From an uncultured Leptospirales bacterium (GTDB lineage: Bacteria; Spirochaetota; UBA4802; UBA5368): DNA of 64,000 bases. The notes beneath the pieces were generated by a model. It did no database searches, was not told the origin of the DNA, and was given only the letters and a program-made list of their open reading frames with translations. Below, in pieces: positions 19,652-29,218 of this stretch. The stretch is taken from contig CAZUXY010000001.1 of the NCBI GenBank assembly GCA_964624235.1, positions 143,288 through 207,287 on the forward strand, in the 5' to 3' direction. A program made the position numbers and the translations under genes. Positions within the stretch are counted from its first letter, which is position 1, and the number at the start of each line of letters is the position of its first letter.

Positions 19652-20575
19652 TCACCCGCTGAATACATTCAAATATTTGACCGACCAATTATCGATATCC
19701 ACGTGTGCAATGGCAATAAGATTTTGAGCGCCATTGAATATTAAATAGGGAGCGTCCCACCTAGAATCCATCATCAGTATATCACCTTTCGAGAACAAAG
19801 CACCATTTAAAATTTTCGCAACCACGGCATCATTGACGATTATTCGGTTGAAATGGGAAAGCCCTTCCTCCGGACATCGCAGGAATTTCTTGCTGTTTAT
19901 TCCCCCGTGTATAAACTCCTTCAATTCGTCGATCGTTACCGCTTCATCCACATTAAAAATACCTGATTCGAGCCGCCGTAATTCTGCAAGATACGCCCCA
20001 CAACCGAGATACGAACCGATATCCCTGGCCAGCGATCGTATATACGTTCCTTTTGAACACAATACATCTATGGTCAGAGTTTTTTCTTCGGCATCGTGTT
20101 CAATCACCTGCAGTTCCTCAATAACGGTACGCCGGGGTGGAAGGTCGACCGCCTCCCCTTTTCGCATCAGGTCCGAAGCCCTCTTTCCGGAAATTTTCAG
20201 CGCTGAATAAGCCGGCGGCACCTGCATCAATTCACCGGTGAACAGGTTTCGCAACTGTTCGAATAACCGCTTATCGAGGGGGGGGCATGTGCCGACTGAA
20301 ATCACCCTGCCTTCTGAATCGCAGGTTTCGGTACTCACCCCCAGCTTTATCACACCTCTGTATCGCTTATTGCTCTCAAGAAAATACCTTGCAAGCTTTG
20401 TCAGGCGCCCCGTGCAGATGACCAGCAATCCTGAAGCGGATTTGTCGAGAGTTCCGGAATGTCCAATCTTCTTGATACCGGCAAGCTTCTTGATTTCCTC
20501 GATGGCTTTATAGGAGGTTATACCCTTCTTTTTATCCAGCAGCAGGATGACGTCCCTGAATATTTCCTTTTGCAT
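19652..20575 (-). CDS. truB: tRNA pseudouridine(55) synthase
   Basis: GITSYKAI..., GHSGTLDKSASGLLVICTG (catalytic Asp motif), and a C-terminal PUA-like extension. Lies between rbfA and rpsO. Confidence 0.9.
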   Translation of the reverse strand: MQKEIFRDVILLLDKKKGITSYKAIEEIKKLAGIKKIGHSGTLDKSASGLLVICTGRLTKLARYFLESNKRYRGVIKLGVSTETCDSEGRVISVGTCPPLDKRLFEQLRNLFTGELMQVPPAYSALKISGKRASDLMRKGEAVDLPPRRTVIEELQVIEHDAEEKTLTIDVLCSKGTYIRSLARDIGSYLGCGAYLAELRRLESGIFNVDEAVTIDELKEFIHGGINSKKFLRCPEEGLSHFNRIIVNDAVVAKILNGALFSKGDILMMDSRWDAPYLIFNGAQNLIAIAHVDIDNWSVKYLNVFSG

Positions 20576-20580
20576 CCTGA

Positions 20581-20979
20581 TTACCGCGGCGTTTCATTGT
20601 CTCCTGATGGATCTTCCATATCGTTTTCTGTATCCGGTTCCTTAACCAGTTTATCGATCAGGCCGACCATGTGTACTCCATGCTCTATTGACCTGTCCAG
20701 ATGAAACTTTATCTTCGGAGTAGTGCGCAGCCTTATTTCCCTGCCCACAAGGTACTGTACATAGTTTTTCGCAGATTCAAGCCCGGCGAAGGATTTCCTT
20801 ATATCTTCCTCAGTGCCCATAACCGAAACAAAAACATCGGCAACCGAGTAATCTTTAGCCAGTTTAACCCTGGTAACGGTGGTAAAACCTATTCTCGGAT
20901 CTTTAATCTCCTTGATCAGGGACTCAGCCACGACACGTCTGATTAATTCCTCAAGTCTTTCCCTTCTGTGGGTCGTCAT
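20581..20979 (-). CDS. rbfA: Ribosome-binding factor A
   Basis: RRERLEELIRRVVAESLIKEIKDPRIGFTTVTRVKLAKDYSVADVFVSV... is the RbfA consensus. Confidence 0.9.
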   Translation of the reverse strand: MTTHRRERLEELIRRVVAESLIKEIKDPRIGFTTVTRVKLAKDYSVADVFVSVMGTEEDIRKSFAGLESAKNYVQYLVGREIRLRTTPKIKFHLDRSIEHGVHMVGLIDKLVKEPDTENDMEDPSGDNETPR

Positions 20980-20988
20980 CGGTTATGC

Positions 20989-23454
20989 TCAATCCAGGGT
21001 CTTCGTAATTTCAACGGTCTTGTAGGCTTCGAAGTTATCCCCTTCTTTTATGTCATTATATCCTTCCAGTGCGAACCCGCATTCCTGACCCGCTTCCACC
21101 TCGGAGGCATCGTCTTTAAAACGTTTGAGCGAACGAAGCGCGCCGTCGAAAACCACCACCCCGTCTCTGATCAGGCGAACACTGTTTTTCCGCTGCACTT
21201 TTCCCGTTAAAATCATGGAACCCGCAACCGTCCCGAACTTGGATATCTTGAATACCTGCCTTACCTCCCCTGTGCCCACAACCTCTTCCTGTATTTCGGG
21301 AGAGAGCATGCCCTCCATGGCCGACTTTATGGAACTGGTCACCTCGAAAATGATGTTGAAAAACTTTATGGAAACCTTTTCCTTTTCGGCTATTTCGGTA
21401 ACCCTTGCAGTCGGTCGCACATGGTATCCTATAACAATAGCGTTTGATGCCGATGCCAGCATGACATCAGATTCATTAATTCCGCCGGTTCCCGCATGTA
21501 TCACCTTCACCCTCACTTCGCCGGTGGAGAGTTTTTCAAGAGATTCCTTAAGAGCCTGCACGGACCCATCCACATCCGCTTTTATGATAACCCTAAGTTC
21601 CTGGACCTCACCCTCGCGTATCATTTCATTGAGGTCTTCCAGGGTAACCTTGCGCAGCTTCTTCACAGACTCAATGCGTCGAAGTTCCATCCTTTTCTGC
21701 GATATCTGTTTCGAATATTTATCCGACTCCACCACCTGAAAAGGGTCTCCAGCCGAGGGTACACCGGAAATTCCCAGCACTTCAACCGGTGATGACGGAG
21801 GGGCTTCCGTTGCCGGTATCCCCTGATCATTGAACATTGCGCGAATTTTACCTGAATATATGCCCGCAAGAAAAAAGTCCCCGTTGTGCAGGGTGCCGTT
21901 CTGGACCAGTATGGTCGCTACGGGACCTCTGCCGGGATCAATTTTCGACTCGATAATCGTACCCCTGCCATAGAGTTTCGGATTTGCCTTGAGTTCGAGC
22001 ATTTCCGCCTGTATCAGGATCAGTTCGAGGAGTTCACTGATGTGAAGCTTCTGCTTGGCGCTCACTTCGGCGAAGAGTGTAGTTCCGCCCCATTCTTCAG
22101 GGATGAGTTCATAGTTCGCAAGGTCCTGTTTGATCTTCTGAATGTTAGTATCCGGCAGATCTATCTTGTTGATGGCGACGATGATGGGGACATTGGCAGC
22201 GCGGGCATGGTTTATCGCTTCGATCGTCTGCGGCATTACACCGTCATTGGCGGCCACCACCAGAACCACGATATCTGTTACACTGGCCCCACGGGCGCGC
22301 ATGGTTGTAAATGCCTCATGTCCGGGAGTGTCAAGGAAAGTGATTTTCTGGTCTTTTATGGTTACCGTATAGGCGCCGATATGCTGAGTTATGCCTCCAA
22401 ACTCTCCTTCGGTCACATTAGTCTGCCGTATGGCATCCAGAAGCTTGGTCTTGCCGTGATCCACGTGTCCCATAACGGTTACAATCGGAGGTCTCTTTAT
22501 ATTGTCTTCAGTCCGATCCTCTTCTTCCTGCCGTATTACTGTTTCTTCGTAGAGAGAAACGACCTTTACCTCGGTCCCGTATTCCGAAGAAAGAATCTCC
22601 GCCGTTTCCGCGTCTATGATCTGGTTTATAGTGGCCATCATACCCAGCTTCATAAGCTTGGCGATAACTTCATTCGCCTTTACATTCAGTTTCTTTGCCA
22701 GATCCCCTACGGAAATGCTTTCGGTTATTTCGATTGACTTCGGGGTAATTGCGATCCGTGGAAGATCCTGTTCTCCTTTTTTGTATGCTTTCCTTTTTCT
22801 GAAGATATCCTTTTCTTCATTTTGATCTTTCTTTTTATATAAACTTTTTTTTGTGTCCTTTTCCTTTTCTTTTTCTTTGGACTTTTTTCTTTTCTCCTTT
22901 TCGGCGATAACCAGCGCGTCTTTATTGGCTGCAGGCACACCCGAGGCGGTTACATCCCTGCCTTTTTTTGCTTCTACGGTTGAAGGCGCCTTGCGCTCCA
23001 TAGGCTTATCAAGTGGCCTTCTCTTATCTTTAAATCTGGGTTTTTCACGGGTATCTTCTTTTCTGGGAGCCCGTTGTTCTCCCTTCTCATCTTTTCTTGC
23101 AGGCTTAGAGGCAGCGGTTTTTCTCTCTTCCCTGGGTTTTTCTTCCCCCACTTGCTTTTTGCGGGCTTCCTCGTCGTGCTTTTCCTTAATCAGTTCTTTG
23201 GATATGTGTACTTTTCTTTTAAGCTTGATCTTGGCACCGGACCTTTCACTGCGCTCGTTCTTCTTATCAATTAATTCCTTTGCGGCTTTTGCCCTGTGTT
23301 CCTTGATTACCTCTATCTTCTTCTCTATTAGAAAAACATCCTTCTCGGACAAATCAGCATCGGGCGAATCACAGGAAATACCCAGATCGGTGCAGATAGT
23401 GATTACATCTTCAGGCGATACATGGTTTGTGGTGGCAATATCAATAGCTTTCAT
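20989..23454 (-). CDS. infB: Translation initiation factor IF-2
   Basis: 821 aa. Low-complexity K/E-rich N-terminal region followed by the GTPase domain ([16 protein letters not shown]...DTPGHEAF...NKID) and the conserved C-terminal domains. Confidence 0.95.
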   Translation of the reverse strand: MKAIDIATTNHVSPEDVITICTDLGISCDSPDADLSEKDVFLIEKKIEVIKEHRAKAAKELIDKKNERSERSGAKIKLKRKVHISKELIKEKHDEEARKKQVGEEKPREERKTAASKPARKDEKGEQRAPRKEDTREKPRFKDKRRPLDKPMERKAPSTVEAKKGRDVTASGVPAANKDALVIAEKEKRKKSKEKEKEKDTKKSLYKKKDQNEEKDIFRKRKAYKKGEQDLPRIAITPKSIEITESISVGDLAKKLNVKANEVIAKLMKLGMMATINQIIDAETAEILSSEYGTEVKVVSLYEETVIRQEEEDRTEDNIKRPPIVTVMGHVDHGKTKLLDAIRQTNVTEGEFGGITQHIGAYTVTIKDQKITFLDTPGHEAFTTMRARGASVTDIVVLVVAANDGVMPQTIEAINHARAANVPIIVAINKIDLPDTNIQKIKQDLANYELIPEEWGGTTLFAEVSAKQKLHISELLELILIQAEMLELKANPKLYGRGTIIESKIDPGRGPVATILVQNGTLHNGDFFLAGIYSGKIRAMFNDQGIPATEAPPSSPVEVLGISGVPSAGDPFQVVESDKYSKQISQKRMELRRIESVKKLRKVTLEDLNEMIREGEVQELRVIIKADVDGSVQALKESLEKLSTGEVRVKVIHAGTGGINESDVMLASASNAIVIGYHVRPTARVTEIAEKEKVSIKFFNIIFEVTSSIKSAMEGMLSPEIQEEVVGTGEVRQVFKISKFGTVAGSMILTGKVQRKNSVRLIRDGVVVFDGALRSLKRFKDDASEVEAGQECGFALEGYNDIKEGDNFEAYKTVEITKTLD

Positions 23455-23527
23455 CTATACCTTAATCCAATATGAATTAAATTTTCACTCTAGCTGGACG
23501 ACACGCATCTACGGCCGCATCAGTCAT

Positions 23528-24928
23528 TTATTCACCTTCGGTTTTATTTTCCGCCGTATCCTCCGTAGCATCATTGCTTGTATCACGATTCTCCGCGGAT
23601 TCTTCTTTTACCGCGTCTTCATCGTATTCGCCTTCCTCTTCTTCTTCAAAATCCACCGATTCAGCCAGTATGTCCATTATCTTTTTCGCGGTCTTCTCGC
23701 CTATGCCGTCAATTTTCATAAGATCTTCATATGAGGTCTCAACCAGGTCTTCTACCGAAAAGAGCCCCCCCGCCTCCAGCAGTTTTATGGTGCGCTGATC
23801 AAGTCCGGGAAGTTCATCGAGGGGCGTTTCATCCTCGTTACGCTGTGAGAACAGCTGTTCCACCATGGCCCTGGATTCACTGGAACTCAGGAACTCGCGA
23901 TACTGCTCCTCGGTTTTAATATCGATGTCGAAACCGCACAGCCTGGTGGCAAGCCGCGCATTGTGACCCGCTTTGCCGATGGCGAGCTTATATTGCTCTT
24001 TCTCAACCACAGCGATGACTCCTCCATTTCTGGTTTCAATAACCTCTTTTACCTGGGCCGGAGTAAGGGAGTTCGCAGCCATCACCTTTTTTTCCGAATC
24101 GTACTGCACTACGTCTATCTTTTCACCTTCCAGCTCACGAACGATGGACTGTATCCGGATCCCTTTCATCCCCACGCAGGCCCCGACGCTGTCGATGTCG
24201 TCTCTTTCGCTCGATACCGCGACCTTTGTCCTCAGTCCGGGTTCACGGACAATTGTCATGATTTTAACCACACCGTCGTAAACTTCGGGTATTTCCATCT
24301 CGAAAAGCTTATGTATAAACTTGGGATTTACCCTGGAAAGAACGATGCTTGGTCCCTTGGTATTCTTCTGGACCGCGAGCACCAGGGCCTTTATCCGTTC
24401 ACCGGTCTTGAAATGCTCAAGGGGTGACTGCTCCCGAGAGGGGAGTATGCCTTCCGTACGCCCCAGATCCACGAAAATGGCGTCCCTCGTTTTTCTCTGC
24501 AGATAACCGTTGATAAGGTCACCTTCTTTGTCCTTGTATTCATTATAAATGATGTTCTTTTCCGCTTCCTTGATCTTTTGAATGATGACCTGTTTTGCTG
24601 TTTGTGCTGCAATGCGTCCGAATGACTCGAGAGGGTTTTCTTCAACATCGATATCATCACCGAGCGCAACGTCGGAACGGATTGCCTTCGCTTCATTGTA
24701 CGAAACTTCCTCGGCACGGTTTCTGGGGGTGTTAACCACCATCTTCCTGGAAACTACCTTCACATTGTTCTTGTCCCGTTCGAAAACCACCTTCACGTTG
24801 CTGGTGGTTCCGTACTGTTTTTTATAAGCCGAAACCATTGCAGATTCAACGATCTCTTCAATGATTTCACGGCCTATTCCCTTCTCAGTGGCAATCTGAT
24901 GTAATGCCTCGAAAAAATTGCTGCTCAT
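23528..24928 (-). CDS. nusA: Transcription termination/antitermination factor NusA
   Basis: N-terminal NusA domain, S1 and two KH domains, then an acidic C-terminal tail. Sits in the canonical position upstream of infB. Confidence 0.95.
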   Translation of the reverse strand: MSSNFFEALHQIATEKGIGREIIEEIVESAMVSAYKKQYGTTSNVKVVFERDKNNVKVVSRKMVVNTPRNRAEEVSYNEAKAIRSDVALGDDIDVEENPLESFGRIAAQTAKQVIIQKIKEAEKNIIYNEYKDKEGDLINGYLQRKTRDAIFVDLGRTEGILPSREQSPLEHFKTGERIKALVLAVQKNTKGPSIVLSRVNPKFIHKLFEMEIPEVYDGVVKIMTIVREPGLRTKVAVSSERDDIDSVGACVGMKGIRIQSIVRELEGEKIDVVQYDSEKKVMAANSLTPAQVKEVIETRNGGVIAVVEKEQYKLAIGKAGHNARLATRLCGFDIDIKTEEQYREFLSSSESRAMVEQLFSQRNEDETPLDELPGLDQRTIKLLEAGGLFSVEDLVETSYEDLMKIDGIGEKTAKKIMDILAESVDFEEEEEGEYDEDAVKEESAENRDTSNDATEDTAENKTEGE

Positions 24929-24976
24929 GACCGATCCTTTCCCTTACACCTTGAAAATAATTGTTTTACGGTTTCG

Positions 24977-25429
24977 CTATAGTTCCAGATTGGCGCTCGA
25001 AATGTTCTCAAAACCTATTTGCACTTCATTACCTTCGCTTATTACGGTAATTCCATCGGATTCATTAACTTCTGACATAATCCCTTTGACCGCCACCCTG
25101 CCGGTATCACCATCATAAACTACTTTTACCTTCGATCCCTTGAATCGTATGAATTCAGATGGATTTCTCAGGCTTCTGTTCACTCCCGGAGATGATACCT
25201 CCAACGAATAATTAGGCAGAATTCTTTCCTCGTCAAGTTTCCGTGAAAGCTCTTTGCTGTAAATTTCACAATCCCTGTGGGAAATACCGTCAGGGTGATC
25301 GATTTTTATCGTTAGCCTGGTGTTCTCGCCCTTAAGAAAAATAAACGATTCATAAATTGTATATCCGGTTTCAGAAGCCGCTGAGACGATTATTTCTGTG
25401 ATCCTGGATTTTATTCCCTGGAATATCAT
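24977..25429 (-). CDS. rimP: Ribosome maturation factor RimP
   Basis: 150 aa with ...LEVSSPGVNRSLRNPSEFIRFKGSKVKV... DUF150/RimP signature. First gene of the nusA-infB operon. Confidence 0.85.
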   Translation of the reverse strand: MIFQGIKSRITEIIVSAASETGYTIYESFIFLKGENTRLTIKIDHPDGISHRDCEIYSKELSRKLDEERILPNYSLEVSSPGVNRSLRNPSEFIRFKGSKVKVVYDGDTGRVAVKGIMSEVNESDGITVISEGNEVQIGFENISSANLEL

Positions 25430-25454
25430 TAAAAGACACCGCTATATGGCAAAA

Positions 25455-25477
25455 AGAGAGTGGGTTTGCCACTCTCT
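25455..25477 (-). terminator. Intrinsic terminator/attenuator-like hairpin in the rimP leader
   Basis: On the minus-strand RNA this reads AGAGAGUGG-CAAAC-CCACUCUCU followed by UUUUG. It lies about 25 nt upstream of the rimP ATG and downstream of a TTGAAA -35-like hexamer. Confidence 0.4.
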
Positions 25478-25604
25478 CCTTATATGCAAAAACACCTAAG
25501 GATTCGGAAAATTACTTTTCCATGGACAATATGGTAAAAACAACTATTAATTTCAAGTTTTTTTCTAATGGAAGTAAACAAGACAAGCGGTGCCGGCATC
25601 ACCA

Positions 25605-27506
25605 TCATTGCATTGATTCTGTGGGCTTATTCACTTTCTTGGAAATTAAAAGTTTCGAAAGCTCGTAATGATAGGTTATTCTTTTTCCCTGTTCCATACA
25701 CTGTTTAAAATAGAACGACGCTTCTGAAGGGTGCCGTCTTACCGTCAAGGATCTTAACCCAATAAAAAAGTATCCCTCAGTAAGCCTTGTTTTTCTTTCA
25801 GCTTCCGATCCATCCCGCGCCCTCTGGATAAGTGTTTTGTCACTAATACTCCCCGCGGCAAATAATAAAAGCTGGACTGCCCATTTCCTATTGTTCTTCG
25901 GCAGGGTTTTTTTCAGTTTGTCCGTATATACTGCATAATCCTTAACTGATACCCCTGACAGCAGAAAGATTTTCCATACCCGGGCACAATAATTTCCCGG
26001 AGAAATGGAGAGAACCTTTTCGAAATCTTTCAGTGCACCGCCGTTATCGGCCATGGCAAACCTTACAATTCCCCGGTTAAGTAAATGAAGTTCAGATCCA
26101 GGTTCCGCCATTGACGCCCTGGTAAAATCTTCAATCGCATGGTCATATGAACCCGTATAAAAATACACCACTCCCCGGTTGCCGTATGCGACTGCAGAAT
26201 CCGGCCGTATTTCAAGTGCCCTGTTGAAATCCGATAACGATCTTTCCATATCCATCAGGAACAGGGCGGTGCTCCCTCTGTTGATATACGCCTCAACATA
26301 ACCATGGTCCAACTGCAGACACCGGTTGAAATCCTTCATCGCATCTTTGAAACGACCTCTAATGTAAAACAATGTCCCCCTGTTGTAATAAAGAACAGGA
26401 TCATCGGCCGATAACCGCAGGGCTCTGGTAATATCCTCCCCGGCTTTAACATAATCACCCCTGCCGGAATAGGAATGGGCCCGGCCGAGAAGCGCAGTTT
26501 CATTATTCGGGTCTTGCTCGAGTATCCGGTTGAATTCACGGATCGCCCCGACGTTGTTTCCCTTTTTCAGTAAGGCAACGGCCCGATCTACCGAATTTTT
26601 TTCGGCAGGTTTAATATCGTCTTCCGTGGTTTTCCTTATTGGTTTTTCAGTGTAAGCAAAACCTCTACCCTTTTCAGCAAGTTTAAGGTTGCTTCTGGCT
26701 TCAGTATCCGAAGGATTGAATTTGAGGGCTGAAGAATAATCCGATTGTGCAAGTCTGAACTCCTTTTTCCGATGATGGATGATTCCCCGGTTTCGGTACA
26801 GACTGGCATTATAGGGATCCATCGCTATCGCCTTAGAAAAATCCGAGAGGGCCTTTTCATAATCATTTCTTCTGGCATGGGAAACCGCACGATTATTATA
26901 ATACACAGGGTCGTTTTTATCGATCTCAATGGCCCTGTTGTAATCCTTCATGGCCCGCTCCAGATCACCGGTCATGGAATACACAATTCCACGGTTATTA
27001 TACGCACTGGCGTAATCAGGCCTGATTTTCAGGGCACTGCTGTAATCATCAACAGCCTGGGGGTACTGTCCCAGCTCTGTTCTAGCGTTCGCCCGGTTGT
27101 AGTATGCTTCTGCATATTCAGGGTTATTTTTTATCGCCCTGGTGTAGTCGTCAACGGCCCGTGCAGGTTTTCCCAGAGAGGCCAATATGCCGCCGCGGTT
27201 GTTATAGGCTCTATCAAAGGCGGGATCGAGTTCCAAAGCCTGGTTCAGATCCTCCAGGGCTTTCATTGTCAGACCTTTTTTGCCGTAGGCATACCCTCTA
27301 TTATAAAGCAGTCGTGCCCGTAAACGGTTCCCGTCTTCAGGGGTCCATTGCTGAATCGCCAGGGTCCAGTATCTGATTTTCAGATCAAGGTCCTTTTCTG
27401 CATAGGCCTTTTCCGCATAATCCTTCATCCCCTGACCCGGCACCAGTGCCGCAGTCATAAACGGTAAAATGATTGAAATGAAGAGTACAATAAGGATTTT
27501 TTTCAC
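25605..27506 (-). CDS. TPR-repeat protein, secreted
   Basis: At least 12 TPR repeats (AYYNRG/AYNNRG periodicity). The likely start is the GTG at 27506, giving MKKILIVLFISIILPFMTAA (signal peptide) with an AGGTAAAAT RBS. The track's longer start lacks an RBS. Confidence 0.75.
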   Translation of the reverse strand: MKKILIVLFISIILPFMTAALVPGQGMKDYAEKAYAEKDLDLKIRYWTLAIQQWTPEDGNRLRARLLYNRGYAYGKKGLTMKALEDLNQALELDPAFDRAYNNRGGILASLGKPARAVDDYTRAIKNNPEYAEAYYNRANARTELGQYPQAVDDYSSALKIRPDYASAYNNRGIVYSMTGDLERAMKDYNRAIEIDKNDPVYYNNRAVSHARRNDYEKALSDFSKAIAMDPYNASLYRNRGIIHHRKKEFRLAQSDYSSALKFNPSDTEARSNLKLAEKGRGFAYTEKPIRKTTEDDIKPAEKNSVDRAVALLKKGNNVGAIREFNRILEQDPNNETALLGRAHSYSGRGDYVKAGEDITRALRLSADDPVLYYNRGTLFYIRGRFKDAMKDFNRCLQLDHGYVEAYINRGSTALFLMDMERSLSDFNRALEIRPDSAVAYGNRGVVYFYTGSYDHAIEDFTRASMAEPGSELHLLNRGIVRFAMADNGGALKDFEKVLSISPGNYCARVWKIFLLSGVSVKDYAVYTDKLKKTLPKNNRKWAVQLLLFAAGSISDKTLIQRARDGSEAERKTRLTEGYFFIGLRSLTVRRHPSEASFYFKQCMEQGKRITYHYELSKLLISKKVNKPTESMQ

Positions 27507-27931
27507 GATTTTACCTGTTACAATTAAAGAAACATGCGAGCATATTAGCAACCGGCTTGGGTGATTTTGGCAACAAATACACTCCGCACGACAATGCTCC
27601 CGAAGCGCCTTCGATAAAAAACCTGGCCGTTCATCCTGCAATCTTTGAATACACCAGGGACTTACACAAAAAATCAAGAAATAATTCATGAAAGGTTTTT
27701 CTGCTTTTTTTCAGGAACGGCATGCAGGTAATCATTTCAATTATCTCATTTTTTATACTTATTCCGCAATCCATTGAATTTTTTATGGTTTTTTATAAAA
27801 TGTTTATTATGCTTATACTTCATGTACCAGATCATGATTTGTGGGAGTATCCAGTCGATTCAATTTTTCGCTTAGCAGAGAACAAAAAGCATCCAATTAT
27901 CCATATCTGACAGAAGGAGTGTAAATAAAAA

Positions 27932-28411
27932 ATGGAAGAAATTAAAAACATAGCTCTGGTGGCCCATGATAACCGGAAGGGTGATCTTATCGAATGGGTG
28001 GAATGGAATTACCAGACGCTGATGCAGCACAATCTGACCTGCACGGGAACGACAGGAACACTGGTCGAAAAAACCATATACGACAAGTATGTTACCCAGA
28101 ATGGAACAGGACCGTCATCAATAGGAATACACAAGCTGAGATCGGGACCGCTGGGGGGTGACCAGCAGCTTGGTGCGCTCATCGCAGAAGGAAAGATAGA
28201 CCTTCTGATTTTTTTCTGGGACCCCATGGAACCCCAGCCCCATGACGTGGATATCAAGGCATTGCTCCGTATATCGGTGCTCTACAATATACCCACCGCC
28301 TGTAACCGTTCCACGGCTGATTTCCTTATTTCCTCACCACTGTTGAATCAGCACTATCAGCAGAAATTAAAAGACTACTCAACCTACATTAAACGGAATG
28401 TGGCCTTGTAG
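27932..28411 (+). CDS. mgsA: Methylglyoxal synthase
   Basis: IALVAHDNRK...CTGTTG...GPLGGDQQLGALIAEGKIDLLIFFWDP...PHDVDIKALLRI matches the MgsA consensus. Strong GAAGGAG RBS. Confidence 0.9.
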   Translation: MEEIKNIALVAHDNRKGDLIEWVEWNYQTLMQHNLTCTGTTGTLVEKTIYDKYVTQNGTGPSSIGIHKLRSGPLGGDQQLGALIAEGKIDLLIFFWDPMEPQPHDVDIKALLRISVLYNIPTACNRSTADFLISSPLLNQHYQQKLKDYSTYIKRNVAL

Positions 28412-28640
28412 TACAGTGTACCGGGACCCACACCGCGCAGGATCTGCTCTATTAATACGGGGCGGCATCCGGTTTGGTCTACTGGTTGCACTCCCTTGAT
28501 TAAAATTCCATTGACCATAAATCAGAACCGGTGTTATAGAAACATACGATCATACAGTTTCTATGGATCATGATTTTATTGATTTTGCACCTCTGAAGTT
28601 CGATGATTACCGGATTTTTCGTTGCGCATAACCATTATTC

Positions 28641-29183
28641 ATGAAAAAAGTTTTGGCAGAAAATAAGAAAACCATTAAGATTTCGCTTACAGTGATAGTG
28701 CTGACCGTTGTAATTCTAGCCGTTCTGAACTGGCCTGCCGCTCCTCTTCCCAACGGATATACCGTAGACCGCATACTCATTGAAAAGCAGAAACATACAC
28801 TTACCATGTTTCAAGGAATGCGTCCCATCGTAATTTATCGTGTTTCGCTGGGTATGTCTCCTCACGGTCATAAGTTGAAAGAGGGAGACGACCGTACCCC
28901 GGAAGGAATATATCATGTTGAAGAAAAAAATTCACAAAGCGGATATTACCTTTCGTTGCAGCTTACCTACCCCGAACTGGAAGATATTATAAGAGCCGAG
29001 TCTCTGGGGTTCACACCCGGCTTCGATATCGCAATACACGGATTAAAAAACGGTTTCGGGTGGCTGGGGAAACTCCATCGGATACATGACTGGACCTACG
29101 GCTGTATATCGGTGACAAACACTGAAATGAAACGTATTTTTCATAGCGTTGAAACGGGGACACTGGTAGAGATAAGACCGTGA
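28641..29183 (+). CDS. L,D-transpeptidase (YkuD domain) with N-terminal membrane anchor
   Basis: TM helix LTVIVLTVVILAVL. Catalytic motifs IAIHG and YGCISV. Confidence 0.75.
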   Translation: MKKVLAENKKTIKISLTVIVLTVVILAVLNWPAAPLPNGYTVDRILIEKQKHTLTMFQGMRPIVIYRVSLGMSPHGHKLKEGDDRTPEGIYHVEEKNSQSGYYLSLQLTYPELEDIIRAESLGFTPGFDIAIHGLKNGFGWLGKLHRIHDWTYGCISVTNTEMKRIFHSVETGTLVEIRP

Positions 29184-29218
29184 GCCGGTACAGCGTATAC
29201 CCCGGCGGACAAACCCGC

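Noticed and set aside
22700-23300. Highly repetitive AAG/GAA/AAA-rich DNA that superficially looks like a tandem repeat array or CRISPR-like region
   Set aside because: It is the lysine/glutamate-rich low-complexity N-terminal region of IF-2 (infB), in frame on the minus strand. There are no regularly spaced identical repeats with unique spacers.
21125-23734. Several long plus-strand ORFs (21125-21739, 21886-22737, 22853-23734) antisense to infB
   Set aside because: They lie entirely inside the well-supported infB gene and are Ser/Phe/Leu-rich, a typical antisense artefact of K/E-rich coding DNA. No RBS.
27722-27910. 62-aa hydrophobic ORF in the AT-rich region upstream of mgsA
   Set aside because: No RBS. 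Composition driven by T-rich DNA. Probably spurious, though a small membrane peptide cannot be excluded.
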